DNA of 64,000 bases from Antedon mediterranea (lineage: Eukaryota > Animalia > Echinodermata). This document shows positions 1 to 15,544 of the stretch, in pieces. The notes beneath the pieces were generated by a model, which saw only the letters and a program-made list of their open reading frames with translations, did not search any database and was not told the DNA's origin. Position numbers and translations under genes: made by a program. Numbering within the stretch: the stretch's first letter is position 1; every line of letters starts with the position of its first letter. Where the stretch lies: the NCBI RefSeq assembly GCF_964355755.1, contig NC_092672.1:34788437-34852436 (forward strand), written 5' to 3'.

Positions 1-3000
1 AAAGCAATGATAATGTTTAACTTCCTGTGATGGCAAGTTTACGAGAATTTTCAAATGTAAACAAACAAAATTGAAAGATGTTATGAATCAATATAAATGG
101 TGATTGGCCATTAGTCATATCAACATTATACTTTAATATTGTAAATATTAATAAACTTTCTTTCTGTTATAATTGTATCAGACGATATATGTGATAGTTA
201 TGTATTTTATTTTGTAAACATTTTTTTTTAAAGCTCGAACCTCGTGTTAGGAGAGTGTTTCTCTGCTTTAAAGAAGAGTTACAAATAAATATTATTGTAA
301 CCATGATTTAGCATTGCAGCTAAAAGTTAACCAGTTTATCTGGTTTTTTAACGCAATTTAACATGTTATTCAAAATGTGTTTAGTTCTAAGAAAATGTTA
401 TTTATTTATTCCAATTTATCCCAAATTCAACAGAGATAAATTTATTTAAAAGGCAAGGAAAACCAAACGGTATAACATGTGTAACACGTATCACCGTCGT
501 GAGGTGGTTTCCCGAATGATCGTAAACCAAACAGATAGAAAGAAAGAAAATTCTGATCTACAGTACAATATAGCAGAAATTGAAATAACCACTGGAAGCT
601 GTATGGAATCCTTGTATTGTACACGTTAAAATATTACAACACACACCCTTGTATAAATGTCGATATATTAATACAAAGATAATTAGAACTGACCTTCCCA
701 TGACATCATCAGCAAGTTGATATAACGTGTTTGCAACCTCTCTATTATTCAGCGTGTTGAGTAGAAATGCGTTTAAATTTTTATTCTTTACAATGTAAAT
801 TATAAATAATTCAAAAACCAAGGATCCATTATTAAAATTTCTTTTTAATTTAATCCTGTCAGGATAAATTAACTCTGTCAAAATAACACGTTTCTGTCTA
901 GAAGAAGACAATTTTTAGTATGATCTTGACTCTTTTAAGAAACATATTTTATTAATTTATTTATTAACCAACGAAAGCTAAACATTTATTGACAAATGAA
1001 ACAAAATAAAATATGAAATTAAATACTGTACAGGGTAGGTCTACTTATCAAAAACAATAGTTACAATAAGATTTATTTGTTGGAGTTTTTTTTTATGATG
1101 GGTGGGGGGGGGGGGAGTAGGGAGAGGGGGTATCTATCTATTTAATTAAAAAAAAAAAAATTAAAACCCAATTTTATTGATTGTTATTTTTTACCTATTT
1201 TATACCACTTTAAATGTTTAAATTTATCTCACAATATTCCTGTACAGTATAGTAATAATTTAAATAAAAAATATATATATAATTTGTATATACTATATCA
1301 TGATTAAGATCTTGTATTATTAGCGTGGTATTCTCAGTGGACTTAAGTCATTCATCAACAAGAATTAAGAAAATTCTTTTGAGCACCAGTTACCAGCTAC
1401 TAAACCATGCAAATAATAACAAAATGCTTTCAAGTCTGCCAACAAGAAACATGTGGAATGGGTTAACGAGAACGTTTACTCCTGGGAGAATTGCCGGGTA
1501 ATTTCTAGAATTCACCCTAAAACGTTACTAATAATTTATCCATGTTTAACAACAACAGACAAGCTTCAGGGTGAGAAAAAGGTGTGTGAGAAACTCTTGC
1601 GATAATGGATATTAACATTTGGTTTCTTAAGAAGCACGACGTTAGCGATGTTAGCGCAATTAGTTTAAACATCGGCCGTAATTAGGAATCAGCAAACGTT
1701 CCTTCAGGGGTGAGGCTGTTTTAATATAGAAGGATGTTAAAAGTATCATAAAAATATAAAAAGGTCTAAAAAAGCCTTGGGTGGTTTAGTACACGCATTT
1801 GATCCGGATTAAAGAGACTAAGCTATTATTTGTAAGAGGGCATTATAAGTTGTTGGCCCATGCAATCAATTGGGAGGTCTTTGATGTTCCGCCCAAACAG
1901 TAGGCAAGTGTTAATTCAATGGGACATCTTTCTTTTTATCTATTGATTAATAAATAAAAGGCCATGGTTTCTTAAGTGTTGATTCGTAACTGATACCAAG
2001 TTGATACTTGTTGACTATACTTTGTTTAAAACAGTCTGCTACTGTATCTTTTATTTTCAAGTTATTTTATTAAAATATGGAATAAAAAAAAATACACAAA
2101 CTGGAAATGTTACTGGTTGGTAGTCTATGAGCTTGTTTATGGTTAGGTTTACCAGGAGTAAGTTGGTTCCTACCCACAAAACATTAGCAAAACCTTTGCC
2201 CACGAAACCAACTTTACCCTGGTAAATAAGCCTGAACCTGTGACTGTGAGTGTTACAGTACCTGGATAAACCAACATGTATAACATAACACAAAAAGTAC
2301 CAACGACTTTTAAACATGCCTTCATTCAAGACACAGTGGAATGTGCCCTCATGTGGGTCAGACCCCACCCATACATAGGCCTACCACACCATGTAATACT
2401 GTAACCTAAAATGGTCAATAAAATTAATAATATTTATTTGATATATTTTATATTATACACAGGTCAGTGTTTTAAACATAAAATTCCTTGCACCATAAAT
2501 ACTACTATTACTGTAAAAGTACAGAATAACAAACTAAAAACACTGGTATGGTAGAATACATTATTTATTGAATATCAAATAGATTGTGGTGGATGCTTTA
2601 AATTTGGCTGCATATAGTCATGGCTTTGCATCAACTGTGCCTCTTGGCTTCTTACAGTACCTCCCCTTTGGTTCAAATTCCACAATTGGTCAAGATTGAT
2701 GGAAAAGTTAATTCATTTTTCTATATTTGGAGTAAGCAAGCCATATTAGGATAAAAACATATTTTTAGTAGCTGAGTTGTTTACTACTGTACTACTCAAA
2801 CCATAATACAGTATTAGTGCTTTTTGTAATAAAGTCTTGCCACAAGAGTTTTTAACAAAATGGGAACATTTTAAGAAGTTTGTGTCCAAAGATGAAACAA
2901 CATATTGTAAACAGTTAACATATTAACTTTGTTAAAGATCACAAAATCAATCAAAAGCTAAACATCTATTTAATAATAAAGAGAATTTTGTTAGAAATTC

Positions 3001-4037
3001 TAATATAATAAGGTCAAAAGTTTTACTAACATTACCCAAAAGATGGAAAGTATACTGCACTCCCTCAGGCAACATTCTAAACGTGTTAAAAAATTAAGGC
3101 AACTGCTACAATATTCCATGTGTTAATGGATACCAATTAACAACTATTTTTACCTTTTAAATATAAAATGTTTCTCACAAAAAAAAAACCACAAATATAA
3201 AATCAGAAAAAAAACATTACTGTAGGTTAAGTAAAGTAAATTAATATCACAATTTGGTCATCAGCCTCTACTTTAAAATATTACAGGTAGAAATTACCAT
3301 AACCACTTAAATTATTGCTGATAAATGATATTTAATCCTGAAAATAATGAAATTTGTGATCTTAACATTCACATGATGAAATTCAGAGAATTTCTAGGAC
3401 ATGAGTTAGCCATTTATGAGTTAAAAGCTTTAGAAATCCCTCATGAATATTTTCCTGTCCAAGTATGTCTGCCAATTCATTAAATGGAAATATATGAAAT
3501 CTTTCTGTATCCTATACTGTAATTGAATATTTACAGTAGAACTCTACGATGTGTAAACACTGGTAAACCCTCTTATTTCCTAAACTCTAATCTAATTGAC
3601 TCATGACTACAAAACGCTTGATAATATCTTTTAATCTGCCACTTCTTATTTACAGTAAACTGTTTATCACCAGGCCTATATACTGTAACATAGTATTTTC
3701 ATGTTCATTTTTATGCACTAACCATAATGATAGGGTGGGTTTCAATTTTGGAAACCTTTTCCTTTTCCCATATTTTTGTATCTATCTGTTGTGGCCTTCA
3801 AATTTTTTAACTAAATGGGAGAAAATCCTATTTTAGTGTGATTTTCTGTTTTGTATTGTTTGTTGTATATATAGAATTTTTATTCTGAAATAAAATTATC
3901 AATATTTAAAGTATTCCGGTTGAAATGTATAAATAGATAGTAATCTATATATATATATATATTTTCAAAATCAAATCACAAGATACTCTACAAAGTCTAC
4001 AATGGTGATGTTGGTTTGTATAAAATCCTGATATCAA

Positions 4038-4100
4038 ACATGATTTGAACCCAGGACTCATGGTTTGGTAGCCAAGCATCTTAACCATTAAGCAACTCCA
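4038..4100 (-). mobile_element. tRNA-derived SINE head, degenerate
   Basis: Minus strand ggagttgcttaatggttaagatgcttggctaccaaaccatgagtcctgggttcaaatc has A-box-like and B-box (GGTTCAAATC) motifs at tRNA spacing, but no acceptor stem. Confidence 0.6.
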
Positions 4101-4255
4101 TGTCTACATGCACAATAACAGTAACTCTAGCATGTGACATTATTCCAGAAATAAAGAATAACCACCAGGCAACTTTCTCCTGTTGCAGATGCTCTATGTA
4201 TGTGTCTGAACATTGCCTTGCTTTAGACGTACTGTACAAAAAAACACTTTCTTAC

Positions 4256-4438
4256 CTGAACTGGTTTATCTGATCGAGGAGTAATAACAGTTGGTGGATG
4301 GAGATCATCATTATATTCCAACTTAGCCCTAGCTGCCACTTGAGATTGTACCAGTTTCATCACACTCTGGCCCTGCTTGCCATCGACCATAATAATAGGC
4401 TGATCAAGTAGCTTCTTCGCGGCCGCATCTTTCTCCAA
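4256..4438 (-). CDS. ZNRF3: ZNRF3/RNF43-family, coding exon 4 (end of PA domain + stalk)
   Basis: gtgtttttcag|TTGGAG...GTTCAG|gtaaga; 183 nt, LEKDAAAKKLLDQPIIMVDGKQGQSVMKLVQSQVAARAKLEY..., comparable to ZNRF3 [31 protein letters not shown]. Gene continues leftwards. Confidence 0.92.
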
Positions 4439-4920
4439 CTGAAAAACACAAACGTAATCCCAGATTAATATACAAAACACTCTCTTAAAATCATGTTAAT
4501 TCTCTTAGAACTCACCTCTTTGTTGACATCTTGGTAATGCTCAAACAAATCAGTAACACATTAAAAGTTATTAAACATAATGAAAAGAATTTGCATAATA
4601 TAATGGGCATCCAAGTAGATTTTGAACAATGATCTTTCTAATAAGATTATTGACATAAATGTGTAATAATACCGACAATCATAAATGAATGCATTCAACT
4701 CTACCTAGATTTGCCCTAATCAGCATGCAATTTGTAAACATGAACAATATTACTATAATACACAGTAATTTCAAATAATTGTTTATACATACTGTATAAA
4801 GTGCACTGTACTATTTCATAACAGGTAATAACTAATATACTATCAAAAATAAATATAATGTAAATACTTTTGATGAAAAAGTATATCATGTACAGTATAT
4901 TAACCTCCTACAGTACAAAT

Positions 4921-5058
4921 GCTCTGTATACACTATCACATGTGACATGCCCATATACAGTATGGACATGATGATGTCATATCACTACCATATTTGGGCA
5001 TATCCTACCATATATGGCCACATTTTTGTCAAACTAGTGCAATAGTGTAGACAGAGCT
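4921..5058 (+). mobile_element. MITE family A copy
   Basis: Both TIRs and the internal core are recognisable. Confidence 0.82.
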
Positions 5059-7804
5059 TTAGTTTATTTGTGATAGTCCGGGGCAGGTACAGTAGGTCAT
5101 CATACTGCACATACTGATTATTAATACAATCTTTTTTTCTTTATTTTTTTTTTACAAAACAACACATTGTTTATTTACTTTTAAGATCAGGCAACTCTTC
5201 CAATATCATACACCATTGTCTAAAAATTCTAGTATTCTGAATATGTTTTTAATGGTAAAATGTAATTTAGGACTTTTTGAACATCAAGAAAAGTCTGGTT
5301 TTGAGAGTTTCTCAAATAGATAGAGAATTGGGTTTTAAGAAGAGTCAACTGTATAATGTTCTAGTTTTATTCTTCAGAAAAAAAAGCATCAAAAGGATTA
5401 AATATAGGCCAAGATTAACAAGGATTAAATATAGGCCAAGATTAACAAGGATTAAGAATATTAACTACATGAAAGGATAAAGTATTAAAGGTAAAGTCTT
5501 CGCTGAGCAAATGCTTAAAGGTCTATGGCAAACAGTTTGACCTAATAACCAGTGCCAGTGGCTATATTAAATTGTTCATGAAATTCCAGATGCTGGAGAA
5601 ATTAAAACTTGTAAACAGTGTTTTATTTGTTCCAGCTAAAATTAATTTCTTCAAGTTATTTACATTTACCACCAGGGCACTAGCCAATGATGGATCTAGG
5701 AGTTCTTGGACATGTCGTCCAGAACGTTAATTTCATTTCACTTTGGAGGTGTGTAAAGTAATGTAAACATCTTGGACTTGCCCTTATAACTTGGCCTGCC
5801 CATTTGCCAGCATCCTCTCTTTTGTTTACAGTATAATGTTAGTATAGTAGAACTACCGTACAGTACTATATATCAAATGCTAATGTATCATGGTAGGTAT
5901 GGTTCAAGTTAAAGCAAGTTGTCGTATCAACATACTGTATTGTTTTAAATAATTCTGAAAGTAACATATATTTACAACATAAAATTATATCATGTTTATT
6001 TATTCTTGTCTATACTGAATACTGAAAAAAAAAATGAATTTCTAAAATCGTTCAGTATAAGTACAACTTGTTTGTAGTGGTATACGTTTGGTACACAGCC
6101 TGAGATTAAACAAGGCTTGTATTATTCCATGGGAATCCTTTTTAAACCAAAAAGATAAAAGCATAACAGAATTGAAATATCATAGAATACAGAGATATAT
6201 GCAAAGAATACAATCAACCATGTGAGACCAAGCCATTACCTTTATTGTCGAGTTTCACTGAATGAGTGTCAAGATCTGTTGCGGTAATTTTGTTTGATGT
6301 TGCCGTCGGCTCGTTAGACGGCTGAGATTTACATCAAACTCCACGTCACAAACAAGCAAGGAATTCTACTCTGCTTGCTGCGCTAACTCATGTAGAACCC
6401 CACTCTGTGAAATAGTTTTGTAATTTGCCATGGATAAAAGTTCTGCGGCGAAAGCCTTTTAGAATTAAGCGATCAAATAGTCAGCTGAACACAGTCTACT
6501 CAACTGTATTGTGTGTTTAGTTCAATATAATACTATGAGTATAATAGGCTCTTATTTTCCCTTGTCAATAACAATCTTTTATATCAAAGCCCTTGTAATT
6601 TTTCTTGAAATCGGCAGATCAAACGGTATTTACTAACATGACTTAAATGAAAATCATCAATAGATACAAGATGATTTCGAGAGATAAAACGTCGCTAAGA
6701 TCAAGTTTCACATTTTCTTATGATACTCTAAAGACAGAATTCTTTTTGTATGGTACACTAGTCTTCTGGGACACCTATCCATGATACTAAACTAGTACGA
6801 CAACAAGACTTAACAGAAAAATTAGACTATTAATTTGGCTCTCAATCGATCGTTTCCTATTCAAATTACGGAAGCGGACGACCTTGTACCTATTGTATAT
6901 AAAAAAGAAATTTTACAAACTTGTTTATATTCATAATTTTACTACTGTTCCTACTTATCTACTACAAAATTCTCACCAATTTGCATGGCTATAAACACCA
7001 CATTTAAATTTATTTTAAAACCCCATGTTGGCCATATAATATGACCTAAACTTTACATGAACAAAACATAAGCAGTGGTAAGTGTTTATTTTTTACCCAC
7101 TTGTACAACTGTACAGGTATGTGTCATTAAAATGATATTTGAACATCATATGACTACAGGAAGTAAGAGGAGACTATCTGGTTGATCGCAATTTGATCAT
7201 GCTCTTTCTACAGCTGAATTTTCACGGGAACAGCTGGCAAAAACAACTTTTGCGGCCATTATTCATATTATCCCTTGCTAGGATGATTTCTAAAGGTTGT
7301 AAGTTCGTGAAATAATGTTCTGCCGATAATTAAATGAGCGTTAATCCATCTTAACTCTGTGTTAAGATGACGGGTAGAGACTTAATAACAACGCATAAAT
7401 ATGTTGAGACTTGGTTATTTCCTAAAGTCAGTCTATTACAGACGTTCATGATTCGCCATTAATAACCTTAAATGGGGGTCGGCTCCCTCTCATTATACTC
7501 GTTTCCGTCGCGATCTTGACAAGTGTGATTTTTATTGATAAGCCAGAGTCTGTATAATACATTTTATTTATTGTTTCCTTTCTGTAGTAAAGTGTCTTTT
7601 TTGTTGACTTTTGTTATAAATTTCTTAATTTTACTTTGTAGGTTGGTTTTGTGCAAGTTGCTTATCTTGTTAAATTTCTTAATGAAATTGTTTCTTATTT
7701 TGTTTTTTTTTGTATGATTTGTATCTGAATGTTCTATCCAAAATAAAAGAAAATGAATGATTGAATAACATAGCTCTTATACTGTATCTTAGTATTTGTA
7801 AGTT

Positions 7805-7998
7805 CATTTTTGTCACAAATCTTTAAATTGTTATCGTCCATTCTTTGTTTAAGCAGACTTACCAATTCACTTTTGTCACAAATGTTATTAAATTGTTGTC
7901 ACACATTTTGTCACCCATTCATTTTTGTCACCCATTCATTTTTGTCACCAATTTATTATTGTCACCTATTTATTTTTGTCACCCATTCATTTTTGTTA
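7805..7998. repeat. Degenerate ~17-bp repeat (atttttgtcacccattc)
   Basis: About 9 ttgtcac cores; explains ORFs 7810 and 7845. Confidence 0.8.
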
Positions 7999-9135
7999 CG
8001 ATTCTTTGCTTTTACAGTAGATTCCTATACCGTATGGTCAGCATTGAGAATATTATTATTCAAATTATGCAATACTAACAGTCATTTTGCATAGGTAATT
8101 AATAAATGTATGACCTGTATTTACTACATCTAAATCGCCATTTAGCCTGTTATGTTGATTATGCTGTTTTGGAAAACAGCTGCAATTTCAAATCAAGGTG
8201 TTTGATGAATAATACTCTACACCGTTCTCATTGTTGCAAGTGAAAACATTTTGTGTAATTTTTCTCATATTAACACAAAGGTTTTTATAACTGATATTTG
8301 TAGTTATTATAGTTTCTAAGCTTTCTAAATAATAATTTATAATGGTAATAATAATAATAATAAATTAATACTTTACTGACAAACACTCTTGGATCAGTGG
8401 TAACAAACTTAAGAGTGGTACAGTCAACTTAAACTACATACAAAAAAAAAATATAAAAACAAACTAAATTTGGGTTTTTCAATTTGCTACATTTTTTACA
8501 ACTACAGTAGCAAGATAAGAAGTTAAATAATTCAATTATTACTATACATTTTTTTTATCTACTTTCCAAAACGGCCTAGTTCCTTTCCTTATCATTAAAA
8601 AAAATGGTATAATTTACAAAACTATAGGTTCAATTAAGCAACAACGTCTGTGAAGTGTTCCACTTATTCTGTTTTGTTAATCAGAGTTAGTCGGGCTTAT
8701 AAACTGATGAAATTACCATCAATGATACAAGTCTTCCGTAAAATTGAAAACTCTGAAATCAGTCTGAACCGTAACCATATAAACTAGTTAATATAATTTA
8801 ATAGTTTTGAAAAGTCAAAAGCAATGTTAATTTAACTTTTTACATTTGATGTTTTTATGGCTAAAAAAGAAATAAAATAAAATGAAAAACTTCACAGAAG
8901 AACTAAAGTCTGTAAATTGTGAGATTTCATTTTGACATTTCACATTATAACACCACGTTCAGCAGTAGGGGTGTTTGACCGAACAAACAGTGGGTGAGAA
9001 GTAATTAAAAAAAATTGAACTGATCTGACCTTCTACATGACTATTGTTGACATTAATATTGATTTTTTTTTACTGCAGATAAGAACAATTAGGCCTACAG
9101 TATAACCTAATGTTAACAAATGGTACACTGTTTTT

Positions 9136-9380
9136 AGGGTCTATTTCTGCTGCATAGCGCAGAACAAACCATTTATTTCCAACTAGATTTAAAATATAAT
9201 TTGTATATCGACTGCATTTTTGATCAATTTATGCTCCCGTTTAAATCAGTGGGTGGTCATCGGCAGAAATTTACCTGAATCAGTTATTGAAAATTTGTCC
9301 TGTTTCTTCATGCCAAGAAATTTGGGTTAATTTATTCACATGGTAAATAACCAGTTATTTTTTTTACAGAAGCAGAAACA
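9136..9380 (+). mobile_element. TIR element family C, degenerate copy
   Basis: agggtctatttctgctgca...gaagcagaaacag; reverse-complement similarity to 34748-35190. Confidence 0.6.
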
Positions 9381-10329
9381 GTGAGTTTTGTTTTTTCAGT
9401 TTAAATATTTGTCTTTATAAGGGTCCTATTTAAGTGTAGGTCATAAAAAACCTTGTCCAATTTAATTATACCATAAAAAGTCAACTGCCCAAACAAATTA
9501 TAGTTCAAAACCATGAAAAACCAGCCCTAAGGCGAGGCAAAGAACAGTGGTGTGTGAGGAAGAGGCAAGCCTTGGCTGTGAATGCAAGGTGGCTGATACA
9601 GATAGGAAACATGGCTAGGCCAACGAGGAAGTTAATGACTAGTTTTATACATAGATAGGATTACTATAACTGTCGGTAACATCAAAGCAACGATCACTAA
9701 TCAATAAGCCAACAAAGGCGGTAGGAGATGTTTATAACCGTACTTGTCTATGCCAACAGATAATCTGCCGACTGTCTCATTCAGTTCTGCGCAATCGTGA
9801 TATTGTTATGAGATATTAATTTCAATTTGATGTTTATTACCAAGTAATTGGATTCCCAAAAAGAACCCGACTACCCACTCATTTAAGGTTTGAGGATTTA
9901 ACGATTTAACTGGAAATTAAATGGTGTTGACAATTTTTGTTTTTGTAAATCAGTATGAAAATCTAACAAAAAATATAATATTTATTTGTTCAAACGTGCC
10001 TGTTTACTTTTCATGAAATTCAGTAAAAATTTACTTTTGCAGGTAGACAGATAACAGGTACAGGAAAAACGCATGCTACTATAATCATAACATACATTTT
10101 CATTTAAAGTTTATATATCATGAGAAAACTAATATAATATCAATTTAAAAAAAACTAGTGTAGAGAAAACTAGTGTTGTTTTGTATGTCATTTCTACATC
10201 TTGTGCGGAAAGTGCTCAAACTGTGTTTTAATGTCTATTTCTCCCGAGGCTTTATTTATATTTATTTTTAACATACATTACAATGTGATGGCCATCAGCT
10301 GGGAAAACAAAATAAAACCAACAAATGTA

Positions 10330-11180
10330 AAACAATATTAATGCCATCATCTACCTATAAAAATTTAATATTTATTCATTTTTTTGTTCTTTTTCTTTTT
10401 ATTTTAATTTAATTTTATTTCTTATAGTTTATTTCTATTTAATATTTGTTTAACATTGGTTTCTCTTTTTTTTTCCCTCAATTATTAAATTTAAAAAAAA
10501 ATCTTAACAATAAGGTTACTGTACTAATTTAATATTAATGCCATCATAGCTATTAAGATTGAATTTAAATTAATTAATTTTTTTTTGTAGTAATTTTCAT
10601 TTAGTTCTATTTATTATAGTTTGTCTATAATATATTCAACATTTGTTTAACATTTTTTTCCTTTTTTTCTCTCAATTTTTAAATTAAAAAAAATCTTAAC
10701 AATAAGGTTACTGTACTAATATAGTTTGTTTAGAACTAGAATTTTTTTAACATTATAGATTCTTCTTTCTTCTCTCAATTAAATTTAAAAAAATCTTAAC
10801 AATAAGGTAACTGTACTAATTTTAAATTAAATATTAATGTCATCATAGCTATAAAGCTTTAATGTCTATAAACTTTTTTTGAAATTTTTCTTTATATTTC
10901 AATTTTATTTTATTTATATTCAAAGTTTGTTTTTAACATTAGTTTCTCTTTTTTTCCCTCTTAATTAAAATAAAAACAAGGTTACTGTACTAATTTTAAA
11001 TTAAATATTTATGCCATCATAGCTATAAAGATAGAATTTCTATTCATTTTTAAAATTTTTCTTTTAATTTTAATCCTTATATTATAGTTTTTTTTACAGT
11101 AGTTTTTTCTATCCATTAAATAAAAAAAAATCTTAACAATAAGGTTACTGTACTACAAATTTGAAATTAAATATTAAATA
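10330..11180. repeat. Degenerate AT-rich tandem repeat, units roughly 110-190 bp
   Basis: Recurring tcttaacaataaggttactgtacta and atattaatgccatcatagcta, about 5 times each. Confidence 0.85.
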
Positions 11181-13408
11181 ATTTCCAATTCATAACATAT
11201 TTTCAAAGTAAGGTAAGTAATAACGATAATTAAAAAGGTTAAATTAGGTACATTCACTGTAGGCACGAATTAATCAAATGCACTTAAAATAAAAGAAAAC
11301 CAATTAATGTTGTTACACTTATATCACTATTGCAAATGCACTTTATGATACTCCTCCTCTATGTATACGAATAACTTCTACGTATACAAGTACGTTATGC
11401 TCACATACAGATCATGTGATCAATTATTCTTCATAGCATTATTTTTAATAACAGACAATAAACCGTCTCATCTCTGCCGCCATATTCATACAAACTGTAG
11501 GCAGCGACTCTTCCTTTTATCAACAATAATACACTTGATTTTATAGCACACCATAAAATATTTGTTTAATTAATCTGTAACTGCAATAAAATATAATTAT
11601 GCATCAATTTAATCATAAGTTTTTATTAGCAATGCACTGTGAAAGTACTGTAATATGATTCATTTAAATAACACAAAACAATATTGGCTTTGCAGGTATT
11701 CTATTTTGTGCCTAAACTTACATGGATGAACCAATAATAGCGGTGCTCTACAGGGAGAGGGCTAAAATATGAAAAGTTTCTCCGATCATCCTTCTACTAT
11801 AATGGTCTAATTTGCTTACCAGGCATGCCGCAACTTACCACCATCACTGTTAAACTGTTATAAACTGTCATTTCATCCAACGCCTTTACATCGCAAAGGT
11901 TTTGCAAACTAGAGCATTATAGTATTATTATCAATAGGTACTCTAGCTCAAAACCATCTAACTTTAAAGATAGCCAAGTGGTTTATAAAAACTACAGTAA
12001 GATGGTGTTGAGATGATACTGTACACTAGCTCTTTTGGAGAGTCAATGTTGATTTTAAATCTGGCCACAAAACGGACTAAAATCATTAACTAACTTTGAT
12101 TTTTACAGTAATTTTTAGAAAGTTTAAATTAGGTCTATAACCTTTAAATAAGATAAAATTATTATTTTTGGTCATTCCAAATTCACTGGAAAAAGCAAAT
12201 CATTTCAGTAGTATCACTAAATAAATCCCAGGGGCTTCAGCAGCAGATTTCTAGATTTTAGAACTAAGCTCGATGAAATTGCACTCGCTTTTGAAGTTGT
12301 CCGCACAACGATATTAGGAAGCATCAAAACAATAATCAAGCGTTTTTAAAGTTAAAGTAAAGACGACTGTTTTGAAGAGGAAATGTTTGGTGTGCGATCA
12401 AGCGTAATATTTGTGGTTTATACCGAGACACCCATCTGTATTGCCTGGTTATTAACATAGAAATGGCGACTGCACATCTAGAAAATGTTCAATGTTGAGA
12501 CTTAAATGTTTAATTAATTTTTTTTGTGTACAATTTGTTAACACTTATGTATGAAAAACGGTTTTACTGTCCACAGAAAAGAAAAATCGTCAACATTTCA
12601 ATTTTATCCAATCAAAACTCCAGAACCCTAGAAACCATGGAACAAATGAAAATTAGAAAGAAGAAAAACATAATTTAAGTTAAGTATTTTTACTAAAGTA
12701 CTTAATAAAAATATCACGAATGACAGAATGTATATTTGTCAACTTTAAATTTCTAATTTAATTTCTTGATGCAAATGATTTATTTCTCTATCAAAATACA
12801 ATGAATAAACTATCCTGTATAGCTTTAAATATTACCAAATAATTCACATATGATTGACGGTTTAAGAGATTGAAGATTCCATCAGAAAACTTATGCATTA
12901 AAATTACGGAAAAACCGAAAACGTAGCTTAGTAAAATAATGAGATAGCCAGGACTACAATGGATATGAATTCTAATGATTAAGGACAGTATATATATTGT
13001 ATATTAAAAGAGGCTAGGCCTAAAGCTATTAAAAGAATACCAAAGACATCATTTACTAGGTCAGTGAACTGAGCACAAAGAAACAGAATGAGTTCGCTAT
13101 TAAGTTTGCTCTAGAAAAGAATGGCTAGCCGTTTTCGAATCAACACAGCAAGTGTCCAAATAGTAAACGAACACAGCAAGTGTCGGTAGATTTTCTGGCA
13201 GGCGCTGTATACAGGTGGTACATCTCCGTACCCCACTGCTAAATGCCAACACAAATCTTCTGGACAGCAGTGTGTTTTGTATTATTAATGGACAAATGTC
13301 TGCAGTCTACAATTTATAATACTTTACCCAACAAATTTTGTTATTATTCTTTTAAAGTTGAATGGTTTCCTTAAGTATGGCAAAAAGATAATTTTTATAC
13401 TAAACTAA

Positions 13409-13574
13409 AGCTCCGTCTACACTATCAAACTAGTTTGACAAAAAAGTGTGATGTGGCCAAATATGGTAATGATATGCTTAAATATGGTAGTAATCATTGT
13501 GTCCATATACAGTATGTCCATATATACATTTTTTTTTTTCACATAAAGTTTGATAGTGTAGACAGACTCGAGCT
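13409..13574 (-). mobile_element. MITE family A copy
   Basis: Both TIRs, TAA on each side, reverse orientation. Confidence 0.82.
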
Positions 13575-14721
13575 TAAAAAGCTATGCTAAACTACTTTAC
13601 TAAATTAATTTACACGATTTAAGGTGGCCAGCCTCATCTTTTGAGTTTTGAAGTGAGGGAATATCCACACCTAGATGACTCCATTCCCTTACTTTTGAGT
13701 TTTTAAGAAAGGAATGTCCCTTTATTCAGCCCCACCTTCTGGCCTCACACCCACACCCAATTATTATTATATTGGCATCTTTGCAACAATAGAATCACAC
13801 TAAACTACAAAGGCACCAGGAAGCTATATTGTCAAAAAGTATGTTTCATCATTTTTAAAAAGATAGTTAAAATTTCAATTTTATAGAATTTAAACAAATA
13901 ATTTATAATTAGTATGTATTTAATTGTTATTTGAAAATATTGTACTATACTTTACTAGTCAAACTATGAAATGTTTTTTTAAATATTATAAATATAGTAT
14001 ATATCAGCTACTGATTTTACGGAATTTTTTCGAGAGCTTTTCCAACTTTCGTAATTTCTTGAACTTTTTACAATTTTTAAACTACTTCAACAATTTTAGA
14101 TGGCGTGTTTCCAAAATGTATTATAAATATGATTTAAAAAAAACCAAAAATAAAACTAATTATTAATAAATAAAAAATTAAACTTACAAATGATATAAAT
14201 CATAATGTAGTTCATACTGTACAGTAGGAAAAGTAATACAATCAAACTATAAAATGTTTTTAAAAATAATATCATTAATATGTTTAAAATTTTTTATATT
14301 TTTTTAATACAATATATACCAAGTACTAATAAATAAAAAAATAAACATTAAATTAAATGATCTAAATCATACAATAGTTCATATCAGTTAGGAAAAGTAA
14401 TATAATCAAACTATATTAGTTGGCAATTTCATGTTAACAACAGGTTAACGATACATATCACAAACAATAAAATTGTTTTGTATTCAACTGCATTGAACTT
14501 TATAACAATACATCATTTTATTAATGACAATAAAAACGCGGTCTCCTTCAGATCGTAAGTATATTGACTCGCAATTAATTATAAATAATGTTCCAAGAGT
14601 AGAGTACATGCGCTTTACTATAACAATATTAATATTAGTATATGTATAACAAAGATATACGAAACTTAAACAATGATTGATAATATAAAAAGAAAGTAAT
14701 TTGATGGTAATGTTCACTTAC

Positions 14722-14796
14722 TTTCTTGCTAGCGTCCAGGTTTTCGGTGATAATGAAGATTATCGCCACAGCTCCCATTTTAATTGCTCGTTTTGC
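14722..14796 (-). CDS. ZNRF3: ZNRF3/RNF43-family, coding exon 3 (PA domain)
   Basis: ttttatctccag|GCAAAA...AAGAAA|gtaagt; 75 nt, AKRAIKMGAVAIIFIITENLDASKK matches the PA motif AKRAVQRGATAVIFDVSEN. Too short for the ORF track. Confidence 0.92.
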
Positions 14797-15467
14797 CTGG
14801 AGATAAAAATAAAAGAATATGTTATTAAAACAACCAATAGGTGATGGAATTATAATCAGGAATAATTGTATTATAAATGTAAATTACATTAACCCTATGG
14901 TGTTTGTAATCTAGTACTGAGTGGTGGTTAGACAAAATATCCATTCCAAATAATGATATATTCCGCAAACCACGCCCTCAAGTAGGAGCTTCCTATTCAT
15001 AAGGTATAGCACCAATGTAATCATTCCATGTGCACAAAATAAAATAAATATCAAAACTAATAACAAAATAGCAATCAGGTCTTCAGGAGAACAATATTGT
15101 ATGCAACTCACACACAAAATGCTATAAAAATCAACATCAATATTAAATGTAATATTTTAATATTTAACTTCAAATGTGACCTATATTTTATATTGCATTT
15201 TACTATTATCCTTAAAATCTTTTAAAATTTAATAGTGAGATTTTCTAACTATTTTATGGCCTGCAGATTTAAAATATAGAATGCAATTATATACAGTAGA
15301 CATTACTAATGTCCCATGAAAGTAAAAACAAGTTTCATATAAAAATGGAAAATATGAATTAAGAATATGTCTGAAATAGAATTAGACATAATTATTGTCA
15401 TCAGAATTATTTCAAAAAATCAAACTTATCTACTCAACAGTCCCAAATTAGTTATATTATCTTCAAT

Positions 15468-15544
15468 TCTGTTTACACTAGTTTGACAAAAAAAGTGACA
15501 TGTGCACATTTTTTGACATAATTTTTGATAGTGTAGACATAGCT
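15468..15544 (-). mobile_element. MITE family A, internally deleted copy
   Basis: tctgtttacactagtttgacaaaaaaagtg...tttgatagtgtagacatagct. Confidence 0.7.

Noticed and set aside
558-911. 117-aa ORF as a downstream ZNRF3 exon
   Set aside because: No TM-plus-RING signature or convincing splice sites; composition looks intronic.
4038-4100. Functional tRNA gene
   Set aside because: A/B boxes are present but there is no paired acceptor stem; better explained as a SINE head.
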